Part shown: in pieces, positions 15,887 through 23,298 of the stretch
Position numbering within the stretch: the stretch's first letter is position 1
Layout: the number at the start of each line of letters is the position of its first letter
From: Nitrososphaerales archaeon
Lineage (GTDB): Archaea; Thermoproteota; Nitrososphaeria; Nitrososphaerales; CADDZS01
Length of the DNA stretch: 24,000 nucleotides
Direction of reading: 5' to 3'
Assembly: GCA_030041355.1 (NCBI GenBank)
Contig: JASHNZ010000019.1
Coordinates: 68,042-92,041 of the forward strand
Position numbers and translations under genes: made by a program
The notes under the pieces: model-generated
Told to the model about the DNA's origin: nothing
What the model saw: the letters and a program-made list of their open reading frames with translations, nothing else
The model's database searches: none

Positions 15887-17932
15887 CTACCAAAGTTCAA
15901 CATCATTGTCTGTTCCACTAACTGCCATCGCCGAATGCGTTTTTCCATTCTCAACCATGTGAACGTTCACGACCATTTCGGCGGTTTCACTCCCAGCTGA
16001 ATACGCATGGGTCAGAAGGGTGAATTGCTTTCCCGCCTTGGGAAGATAGTATACTTGCATCGACGCGTCGATCTTATTGACTATAACGCACCCGGCACAG
16101 GAGTAACCGCTGCCGGAAGGGTAACCTGAAAATACGTTCTCCACATCATTAGGTATGAACGTATTCCCGTAATATTTCTGGGTGGAATAACCGCCCACTT
16201 TGAACGCTGGTGAGCCTCCTGATCCACTGAAGGTTACAATATCGTACTCCGATCCATTTACCTTAGTGTTGCCTTGGTAAATGCTATAGTAAAAGGCGAT
16301 CGTGGAGTTGCCATGTGTCGAAGCGTAAGTGTCAACTTCCAGTTGAATCGTGAAAGGAAGACTGACGTTCGCTACAAAACTGTTCTTTGTGACGTCTCCA
16401 ATTTGACAATAGTAATACAGTTGCCCATTGCTATTACCAAATGTTCCGCTGGCGCACGTGTGGTTTAGATCTCCTGGCGCGTTTGACATTGAACCTCCGT
16501 TGACTGTCCAGTTCCAGATATTGTTGATGACCGCAATGCCGTAATAGTTTCCCGTTTGCTTCATGTCCGCGATATTTTGGACCCAGTATGCTCCGGTGTT
16601 GGAGTGCTCGGTCACTCCATAGTCAACCATGTTGAATTGAACGCTCATGATGTTGTTCACGGCGGGATTCGCATTGTTTCCGATGTTCAGAGAAGTAAAG
16701 GTCGTATTTGACTGGAACTTTGTGGTCGTGTACGTGTAAGACACTCCTTTGTACATTCCGTAATCCGCGAGTCCTATCGCGCAATCATTCACCGTTTGGG
16801 GGGGCACGGCATCCGAAGGCAGCATCACTACTGCCATACCGCCTTGTTCAGTTACATACATCTGGTGATGCACCGAGTCGAAGCTGAACCATTCAGGAGC
16901 GGAAAGATTTGACGTAGTGTTGATTATATTGCTAGAGCACGCACTTAGCACATAGACCGCATTCAAACCAGTGTCGGAAACCCAAATATTGCCGGTGGAA
17001 CAGTCCACATCCACTCCGAAGGGCTCTGACCCCGAGGCGAAAGTGATATTGTAGAGTGGATTAAAGAGGGAAGGATCATCTCCAGTAGCGTTATACACTA
17101 ATAATTTGCCCACGTAGTTTCCCGTAATATACAGGCGGCTGTTGAAAGGGTCAAAGGCAACACCAAATGGTCCGACAGTTCCTAGGGATAAGCTCGCCAC
17201 GATCGCGTTGTCATTATTGATGACATCTATCCGGCTCCCCTGAGTATCCGTGGCGAAGACGAGGCCGTTAAACGAATCATAAGCCAGCCCGTATGGCATG
17301 GCGTTGTAATCAGCTGAAAGTTTTATGTTCTTTATGACCTTGTAAGTTGCAGGATCAATTACCGAAATGTAGCCGGAGCCCGTATCTGAGACATATATCT
17401 TGTTGTATACCGGATCGTACAAGATGTAAGTGGGGACAGAATCCTTTGGGAGCGATATCCCTTTTTCCACAGGACGCAAAGTATAGACCACGTTTTGCGT
17501 TTTGCTTGCGACGAAAATCTGACTATTGCTAGTGTCAACAGCTATTCCGCCTAAATCGTCATCCACAGAGATTGTGCTGTTTACTTTGTTCGTCAGAGTA
17601 CTGATTGCTTGGACAGTTCCGTCCTGTGCTGCGACCCATACAAGCGAGTGCGACGGATCAAATGCAATGCCGTTTGGATTTGTACTATATGTCAGGGGAA
17701 TAGTCACTGAGGATTCGTTCGTAACCGGAGACGGACAAGAGTAAACACTTTTGCTTGCGGTACTTCCTATCGGATTGTACCTAGCAGAAGACGAAATGGA
17801 CGCGGCAGATCCGCTTTTGGTTTGCGCATTAGATATCGGTCCGGTCGAAGCGAACGCAGTAAAAGAACTGACAGATAATAACAAGAGTATGCCAAGAGCA
17901 ACAACGGATTTGGTCCTTGAAAAGTGGATCAT
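15887..17932 (-). CDS. secreted 7-bladed beta-propeller (YVTN/NHL-like) fused to a thermopsin-like (peptidase A5) domain
   Basis: The signal peptide is MIHFSRTKSVVALGILLLLSVSSFTAFA, followed by a Ser-rich linker. Seven repeats fit P.G.A.D....L.V.........V (for example PNGIAFDPSHSLVWVAAQDGTVQAI and PFGVAFDPFNSRLYITGNYVGKLLVY). From about residue 384 come thermopsin-type blocks: AIGLADYG, SVQFNMV, AYWVQNI and INNIWNWT. Confidence 0.85.
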   Translation of the reverse strand: MIHFSRTKSVVALGILLLLSVSSFTAFASTGPISNAQTKSGSAASISSSARYNPIGSTASKSVYSCPSPVTNESSVTIPLTYSTNPNGIAFDPSHSLVWVAAQDGTVQAISTLTNKVNSTISVDDDLGGIAVDTSNSQIFVASKTQNVVYTLRPVEKGISLPKDSVPTYILYDPVYNKIYVSDTGSGYISVIDPATYKVIKNIKLSADYNAMPYGLAYDSFNGLVFATDTQGSRIDVINNDNAIVASLSLGTVGPFGVAFDPFNSRLYITGNYVGKLLVYNATGDDPSLFNPLYNITFASGSEPFGVDVDCSTGNIWVSDTGLNAVYVLSACSSNIINTTSNLSAPEWFSFDSVHHQMYVTEQGGMAVVMLPSDAVPPQTVNDCAIGLADYGMYKGVSYTYTTTKFQSNTTFTSLNIGNNANPAVNNIMSVQFNMVDYGVTEHSNTGAYWVQNIADMKQTGNYYGIAVINNIWNWTVNGGSMSNAPGDLNHTCASGTFGNSNGQLYYYCQIGDVTKNSFVANVSLPFTIQLEVDTYASTHGNSTIAFYYSIYQGNTKVNGSEYDIVTFSGSGGSPAFKVGGYSTQKYYGNTFIPNDVENVFSGYPSGSGYSCAGCVIVNKIDASMQVYYLPKAGKQFTLLTHAYSAGSETAEMVVNVHMVENGKTHSAMAVSGTDNDVELW

Positions 17933-18225
17933 GATGGATGAATGGCCACGAAAAGAATTTTATTCAATTTATAATCATTTGGACTTTAAGAAGCACCCAA
18001 AAAAATTCGGGGACCACCGATAATGCATTTCAAAGTTTACAGTGTGTCAAACAGGTTTTCGTAAAACAGTCTCCGCCGAGACTTATCGAGCTACATCGAT
18101 TGCATTTCGAAGAATTTGTCCTCTCGAAACGAACAATTTCTATTGCTCCCGAACCGCTGAAAACGCTTAACTTTTCACCTCAGCCAGATTGGCTGGTACC
18201 AGAGTCTGACATAGGAAAAGTGCAC

Positions 18226-18309
18226 AAGGGACAAGCTGGTGAGCCCAGGAAGCCAGCGGCGATAATGTTCACAGACATGGCGGGCTACACGGCTTTAGGG
18301 CAGAGGTAG
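18226..18309 (+). pseudogene. N-terminal fragment of a class III adenylate/guanylate cyclase catalytic domain, truncated by TAG
   Basis: EPRKPAAIMFTDMAGYTALGQR* matches the first strand and metal-binding Asp block of class III cyclases ((R/K)..(A/V).(V/I/M)(L/M)F(T/A)D(I/M).G(F/Y)T.L). I found no continuation of the domain in any frame between 18310 and 18594. Confidence 0.45.
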
Positions 18310-18594
18310 GCGTACTTTTTTGCCCAAAGCTACGGCAGCATGCCGTTTTAGGACAGGTGCCATTCTGCAGACTTTATTTGTACGGTGGAGGAGCTTCTAG
18401 CCCGAAAGAGAGGAATACAGAACATGAATTCGGTTCCACGGAGAAAGAGGAACGGATGGGCTCTCCATAATACTAGGATGGCTACTGCGTAGTGATCGAT
18501 GACGGGTGGAGTACTTTCTAAAACTCGAAGAAGCCAAATCGCAATCTCTAAAGCGTACGCTTCACACTAAGATGCCGGATTTGCGGATTGAACT

Positions 18595-19434
18595 TTGCAG
18601 GACGCTGATATAGAGATAAGTGGAATTAAACTCCACTATCTAGACTGGAACCCGGTGTCATCAAAAAGTGTTGTCCTGATACACGGACTAACAGCTAACA
18701 GCCACGAGTTTGTCAAACTCGGAGATCATCTATCTCATGAAGGATTCCATGTTATTGCACCCGATCTGCGTGGGAGAGGAATGAGTTCCAAGCCGGCTCA
18801 CGGCTATGGAATTGCATTTCATGCCGCTGATTTGATTTCGCTGTTCGATTCCCTGGGTCTTGACAAAGTATCAATCGTGGGCCATTCGCTGGGCGGCCTA
18901 ATCGGGCTCTACATGGCCGCTCTCTTTCCCGAGAGGGTGAGGAAATTTATTATGGTGGACGTTGGAGTCAGACTCCCGTCCGATACTCTGGGAGCGATTT
19001 CTGCATCTCTAAATCGATTAGGCCAGGAATTTCCGTCGCTAGATGCTTATCTGGAGCTTTGCAAGAGGATGCCGTACTTCACATGGAACAACTTCTGGGA
19101 AGGGTTTTATCGATACGATGCTGATGTCCGAGCCGATGGCACCGTCATTTCAAGAGTACCAAAGTCGGCAATACAAGAAGAAAATGCCACGAATGCCACA
19201 GTCAATGCGGAGTTAATCCTGCCGCTGGTCAAAGCACCCACTCTCATTCTAAGAGCTACAGAGGGAATGCTTGGTCCTGACAAAGGGCTACTTCTGCCAC
19301 GCGAGGAGGCAAGCCGCTTAGCAGGCTTGATAAAGAACAGTCAGATCAAGGAGATCCCGAAGACAAACCACTACACCATAATAATTTCCGAGGACTTTGA
19401 ACGGGAGGTTTCAAGTTTCGTTCAAGACTCGTAG
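18595..19434 (+). CDS. alpha/beta hydrolase fold protein
   Basis: VVLIHGLTANSHEF is the HG oxyanion region and VGHSLGG is the nucleophile elbow (GxSxG). There is a late His (KTNHYTII). The start is a TTG, with no ATG in frame nearby. Confidence 0.85.
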   Translation: MQDADIEISGIKLHYLDWNPVSSKSVVLIHGLTANSHEFVKLGDHLSHEGFHVIAPDLRGRGMSSKPAHGYGIAFHAADLISLFDSLGLDKVSIVGHSLGGLIGLYMAALFPERVRKFIMVDVGVRLPSDTLGAISASLNRLGQEFPSLDAYLELCKRMPYFTWNNFWEGFYRYDADVRADGTVISRVPKSAIQEENATNATVNAELILPLVKAPTLILRATEGMLGPDKGLLLPREEASRLAGLIKNSQIKEIPKTNHYTIIISEDFEREVSSFVQDS

Positions 19435-19454
19435 ATTTCTTCACCTTACAACAA

Positions 19455-19472
19455 GCACGGGAAGGTGCCCGT
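19455..19472. terminator. GC-rich hairpin between convergent genes
   Basis: CACGGG-AAGGTG-CCCGTG forms a 6-bp stem with a 6-nt loop. It lies between the hydrolase stop (19434) and the membrane-protein stop (19532). Confidence 0.25.
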
Positions 19473-19531
19473 GAGGAACCAGGCTGCTCGAAACGCTCCC
19501 TAACAACATTTGCGAGAACCCGCCCTAACCC

Positions 19532-20053
19532 TCAAGGTGTTCTGATTTGCCATCTAAGGCGACTGAATGTCGCCCTAATCTTAGTGCTAGTCATAATGAT
19601 ATAATATAGCCCAATAGCCATGCTCCAATATCCAATTTCTATCAAGTTGATGAATTCATTTGATAGATTAGCAGGTGGTGACATTGAAATAGGAAATCCA
19701 ATGCTCCACCACCATACCAAATATGGAAATAATGAGGCAAAGAATAATCCAAGATACTTCAAAGATGGACGCATGTAAAGACCCACTAAGAGGACTGTAG
19801 GTATGAGAAGATCACCATCAACGCTTTGTGTCGGCAGAACTGAGTGAATTGAGAGGTAAATTAATGTCGTTCCACTTTGAATTGACTGTAAAATATTGAC
19901 TGTCATGTCAGTTATCAGGAAGAAACTCAAAAAGCGGGCAAGCCACGCGCCAATGCTATCACTCCTGACGAGCAAAGTAAGTCCAAATACTGCTACCAAG
20001 ATTTCCGTAGCAAGATGATTTCCTAGGAATCTAATTTCCCACCAAGGTGGCAT
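19532..20053 (-). CDS. hypothetical integral membrane protein (about 5 TM helices)
   Basis: Hydrophobic segments occur throughout, for example ATEILVAVFGLTLLV, FLSFFLITDMTVNIL, LLIPTVLLVGLYM, LGLFFASLFPYLVWWW and YWSMAIGLYYIIM. The track start is a GTG at 20065, with an ATG at 20053. It is directly downstream of rpoK. Confidence 0.65.
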   Translation of the reverse strand: MPPWWEIRFLGNHLATEILVAVFGLTLLVRSDSIGAWLARFLSFFLITDMTVNILQSIQSGTTLIYLSIHSVLPTQSVDGDLLIPTVLLVGLYMRPSLKYLGLFFASLFPYLVWWWSIGFPISMSPPANLSNEFINLIEIGYWSMAIGLYYIIMTSTKIRATFSRLRWQIRTP

Positions 20054-20085
20054 CAAGGTTCGCACACATGCTCCGCATTCTAATG

Positions 20086-20361
20086 CTACTGAATGTCGCC
20101 CAGATACTCTCCGTCAGTCTTAGTTCTTCTGATGTTAATAGGGAGAACTTTCCGATCGAGTTCTTTCATAGCGATGTCAATCGGACTGCGAGCACTTTCA
20201 TCCACTCTGATAAAAGGAGGTGCTCCTTGGGCAAGCTGAATTGACCTTGTCCCGATAATGCGGGTGCGCTCGAACCGAGTGGGTTTAGGGGGCCCGATTC
20301 TAACCACGAGAATCTCTTGAAGGTTGCTTTTTCTTCTCTTTAAAGGAAATTCTCCTCTCAC
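20086..20361 (-). CDS. rpoK: DNA-directed RNA polymerase subunit K (Rpo6, omega/Rpb6 homologue)
   Basis: PTRFERTRIIGTRSIQLAQGAPPFI...SPIDIAMKELDRKVLPINIRR matches the conserved Rpo6 core (T.(Y/F)ER.R(I/L)(I/L)G.R..Q...GAP ... P..IA..E). The start is a GTG, with no ATG upstream of the core. Confidence 0.9.
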   Translation of the reverse strand: MRGEFPLKRRKSNLQEILVVRIGPPKPTRFERTRIIGTRSIQLAQGAPPFIRVDESARSPIDIAMKELDRKVLPINIRRTKTDGEYLGDIQ

Positions 20362-20365
20362 CCTA

Positions 20366-20827
20366 CTAACCGAGGTTCTTAAGAATCAAGATTGAGGAGA
20401 AACGTTTCTGACTTCCACATAGAAGGGTCGATTGCAGCTCGTGCACCTGTAGCATGCAACATCGCGAACGCTCCCTTTCTTCCCGTGAAAGACGGGCACG
20501 CCACCCTGAGCCCTGACGCTGCCCACGATGCGCAGTTCTATGAACTGAGCTTCCTTCGATCCGCAGCGGGGACGCAAGCTCGATTCTTTCATCATCCGGG
20601 TATCCTCGCCTTTCGGGCTCCTCGATGAGGGAGTTGAGGAGCGCCTCGGCTTCAGCATAGCCGTGGCAGCAGAATTCGTAAATGAAATCCTGAGAGGCTC
20701 CGGTTGGAATGACGAACGGCTCTATCACGATTTTGTTGAACTGACTTCCGTGAAGCGATCTGGTACCAGGGGCGTTAGCTAGGATCCTCTCGGTCTGCGC
20801 CCTAATACTCTCCTTCCCTGTAGCCAT
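20366..20827 (-). CDS. hypothetical protein with an apparent +1 reading-frame change (frameshifted gene, assembly error or recoding)
   Basis: A TATA-like TTAATAAA lies about 23 nt upstream of the ATG at 20827. The 5' part is coding-like in the track frame 20366..20878 (MATGKESIRAQTERILANAPGTRSLHGSQFNKIVIEPFVIPTGASQDFIYEFCCHGYAEAEALLNSLIEEPERRGYPDDERIE). The 3' part is coding-like, with the same C-ending codon bias, only in the overlapping frame 20386..20658 (QFIELRIVGSVRAQGGVPVFHGKKGSVRDVACYRCTSCNRPFYVEVRNV). Confidence 0.5.
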   Translation of the reverse strand: MATGKESIRAQTERILANAPGTRSLHGSQFNKIVIEPFVIPTGASQDFIYEFCCHGYAEAEALLNSLIEEPERRGYPDDERIELASPLRIEGSSVHRTAHRGQRQGSGWRARLSREERERSRCCMLQVHELQSTLLCGSQKRFSSILILKNLG

Positions 20828-20846
20828 GGCTTTGGGGCTCCCTTGC

Positions 20847-20854
20847 TTTATTAA
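20847..20854 (-). promoter_or_regulatory. TATA-like box for the 20827 gene (leaderless spacing)
   Basis: The minus strand reads TTAATAAA, centred about 23 nt upstream of the ATG at 20827. Confidence 0.4.
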
Positions 20855-20936
20855 GCGGTTTCCGCACGCCGCGCACAAGAGTAGTAATTTTTACCGTTCT
20901 TCAAACTGTTTGAAGTAGCGTAGCCTTTGTAACTGA

Positions 20937-21048
20937 AGGAGGGGGTGGGATTCGAACCCACGTATCTGCGTAAAAGCCTTGAACTGTCTTTCAATCCGCT
21001 TTCTACTCGTAACTGCAGGCGGACGCGTGACCGCTCCGCCACCCCTCC
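20937..21048 (-). tRNA. tRNA-Cys (anticodon GCA) with a 12-nt canonical intron and a second 28-nt insertion
   Basis: On the minus strand the acceptor stem is GGAGGGG/CCCCTCC and the D arm is GCGG-AGCGGTC-ACGC. The anticodon stem is TCCGC/GCGGA with loop CTGCAG[intron TTACGAGTAGAA]A. The T arm is GTGGG-TTCGAAT-CCCAC, and the discriminator U (20937) is as expected for tRNA-Cys. No CCA is encoded. Anticodon-loop positions 32-35 (CTGC) pair with intron GTAG, giving a bulge-helix-bulge at the 37/38 junction. Confidence 0.8.
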
Positions 21049-21119
21049 ACAATTCAGAAACTGGAATATCGAGAGTCTTGGTGGCAAAAATCCCTTTTTG
21101 TGTCTTTCAGAAATTTCAT

Positions 21120-23267
21120 TCATACAAAAAGTGCGTAAATTACAATTGCTGTGATGAACACGATCGAAATAGTGTTCAAAACTTTGATAAGAGAATTGAT
21201 CGCAGGACCTGCCGTGTCCTTGAAGGGATCCCCAACAGTGTCACCCATGACCGCCGCCTTGTGAGGCTCGCTCTTCTTTCCTCCCAAATTGCCAAGTTCG
21301 ATGTATTTCTTCGCGTTGTCCCATGCCGCTCCACCGTTGGTCATCATGAATGCGAGGAAAACCCCCGACGTTACGCTTCCAATCAGCAGCCCTCCAAGGG
21401 ATAATGGCCCGAGGACGAAACCGACAACTAGCGGGGTTACAACTGCCAGCAGAGCGGGCTTTGCGAGCTCGCGGATTGCAGCGGTCGTACTAATGTCTAC
21501 GCACTTTGCGTAATCTGGTTTCGCAGTACCCTCCATAATTCCTGGAATCTCTCTAAACTGCCTGCGAACTTCATCCACCATTTTCCCAGCAGCACGTTGC
21601 ACCGCTTCAATCAGGAAACTGGAGAAGTAGAAGGGAAGCAGACTCCCTATGAACAGTCCTATTATCACTCTCGGATCACTGAGAGCGAAGCTCAAAGACA
21701 TTCCGGCAGTGAGCCCGTATTTTGACATCAAACTGGCAGATGATGTAATCTGGTTGTTAACTGCCTGCTGAAACGCGAAGAAGATTGCAACAGCAGCTAG
21801 GGCAGCTGACATCACAGCAAAAGCTTTCGTCGTAGCTTTGGTCGTGTTTCCAACCGCGTCAAGCTCATCAGTCACGTCGCGTACTGATTCCTCCAGTCCT
21901 GCCATCTCAACGATGCCATTGGCATTATCTGTGATTGGACCAAAGGAATCAATTGACATGATGACTCCGGTAAGCGAAAGTTCAGCCATTGCCGCAATGG
22001 CAGTAGCGTATACCCCTATCAGGACATTGCTTCCAGATGCGTAGTAGCCGATAAAGTAAGAGCTTAAGATCGCAAGTACTAACACTACCGCCGAAGGCGC
22101 GGTGCTCTTTAGACCAGAAGAAAATCCAGCTAGAAAGTTGAGCGCGGGCCCCTGTTGACTGGCCTCTGCGATGGATTTGACAGGCCTGTAATTATACGAA
22201 GTGTAATAGTCTGCAACTCTCTCAATAGCCACCACTACGACGATTCCAACTATCGCGCTTGAAAATAGCGCCCAACCTAGCCGGCTATCACTGAATAGGT
22301 AATAGGTTGTAACAGCGTCAATTATGGCCGCAATTACCGCTGCGATAATAAGGGCAATATTGAGTGACCCCATAGGATCCTTTTTGATTCCCTTTCGAAT
22401 GTAGAAACCGCCTAATATCGAGCCAATAATACCTGCAGCTCCCAGAAGAAGCGGATAGACGAGCAATTGATGGGACGACACTAATGATGTCAAGTTTCCG
22501 AGCGTCTTCGACGAAGTTATCAAAGATGCAAGGATCAATGCTGCAATCGAAGTAACAACAAAGGACTCGTAGACGTCTGCTCCCATTCCTGCACAGTCTC
22601 CAACATTGTCTCCAACGTTATCGGCGATTACAGCAGGGTTTCGTGGATCATCTTCTGGAATACCGGCTTCAGTTTTCCCTACCAGATCGGCTCCGACGTC
22701 GGCTGCCTTTGTGTAGATTCCTCCTGAAACCCTCATGAACATTGCAATAAGAGAAGCTCCAAACCCGAGTCCAGCGATCACCGTTGGAGTATGAATGATC
22801 GTATTTTGATATGCGAGATAATAGCTAGAAACGGCAAGCAGACCAAATCCAACAACTGCCATTCCCATGACTCCTCCTCCCCTAAACGCGAGAGTTAGAG
22901 CACTACCCAGTCCTTTACGGGCCGCCTGCGCCGTTCTTGAGCTGGTCCTGACCGTTGTCGCCATTCCAATATACCCTGCGAGAGCTGAGAGTAATGATCC
23001 AATAAGAAATCCGACCGCAGTTGCTCCTCCTGTTTTGAGCGGCAGATCGATCCCAACATAAATTAGAACAGCAATTATAACTGCGATAGGCGTGATCACC
23101 TTGTACTCTCTGCTTAGAAAAGCATCAGCCCCTTGCCTCACTGCGGAAGCTATTTCCACCATCTTTGGGCTTCCCTGATCGTGTCTTCTGATGTAAGTAA
23201 AAAGAAACAATGCGTAAAGGAGCGCGATTACAGCCCCAGCAACTGCGATGTATCCGTAATCTATCAT
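21120..23267 (-). CDS. hppA: membrane-bound proton-translocating inorganic pyrophosphatase, K+-independent type
   Basis: GGIYTKAADVGADLVGKTEAGIPEDDPRNPAVIADNVGDNVGDCAGMGADVYES is the hallmark M-PPase block. Other matches are GNTTKATTKAFAV, DTVGDPFKDTAGPAINSLIKV and about 16 TM helices. Confidence 0.95.
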   Translation of the reverse strand: MIDYGYIAVAGAVIALLYALFLFTYIRRHDQGSPKMVEIASAVRQGADAFLSREYKVITPIAVIIAVLIYVGIDLPLKTGGATAVGFLIGSLLSALAGYIGMATTVRTSSRTAQAARKGLGSALTLAFRGGGVMGMAVVGFGLLAVSSYYLAYQNTIIHTPTVIAGLGFGASLIAMFMRVSGGIYTKAADVGADLVGKTEAGIPEDDPRNPAVIADNVGDNVGDCAGMGADVYESFVVTSIAALILASLITSSKTLGNLTSLVSSHQLLVYPLLLGAAGIIGSILGGFYIRKGIKKDPMGSLNIALIIAAVIAAIIDAVTTYYLFSDSRLGWALFSSAIVGIVVVVAIERVADYYTSYNYRPVKSIAEASQQGPALNFLAGFSSGLKSTAPSAVVLVLAILSSYFIGYYASGSNVLIGVYATAIAAMAELSLTGVIMSIDSFGPITDNANGIVEMAGLEESVRDVTDELDAVGNTTKATTKAFAVMSAALAAVAIFFAFQQAVNNQITSSASLMSKYGLTAGMSLSFALSDPRVIIGLFIGSLLPFYFSSFLIEAVQRAAGKMVDEVRRQFREIPGIMEGTAKPDYAKCVDISTTAAIRELAKPALLAVVTPLVVGFVLGPLSLGGLLIGSVTSGVFLAFMMTNGGAAWDNAKKYIELGNLGGKKSEPHKAAVMGDTVGDPFKDTAGPAINSLIKVLNTISIVFITAIVIYALFV

Positions 23268-23290
23268 GGAATTTCAAAAACTACCTGTTG

Positions 23291-23298
23291 AATAATTT
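23291..23298 (-). promoter_or_regulatory. TATA-like box for hppA (leaderless spacing)
   Basis: The minus strand reads AAATTATT, centred about 27 nt upstream of the ATG at 23267. Confidence 0.4.

Noticed and set aside
18301-18594. Possible C/D-box sRNA (GTGATCGATGACGG) or continuation of the cyclase domain
   Set aside because: There is no proper RUGAUGA/CUGA box pair with terminal stem, and no cyclase-like translation in any of the three plus frames.
20386-20500. HGKKGSVR...YVEV resembles the ribosomal protein L35Ae C-terminus, and YRCTSCNRPF resembles the RpoP/Rpb12 zinc knuckle
   Set aside because: The matches are only 6-10 residues long. The spacing to other L35Ae blocks is wrong, and no second CxxC knuckle exists in any frame. 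This is too weak to name the protein.
20828-20878. N-terminal extension MCAACGNRLIKQGSPKA with a CxxC, suggesting a split zinc ribbon with the C-terminal CYRCTSC
   Set aside because: The TATA-like box at 20847-20854 lies inside this extension and is correctly spaced for the ATG at 20827. The extension would also start only about 60 nt from the tRNA 3' end.
20851-21123. 90-aa minus-strand ORF, and the plus-strand ORFs 20945..21154 and 20979..21404
   Set aside because: They run straight through the tRNA-Cys gene and the hppA 3' end. Their translations are low-complexity, and they are explained by the GC-rich tRNA sequence lacking stops.
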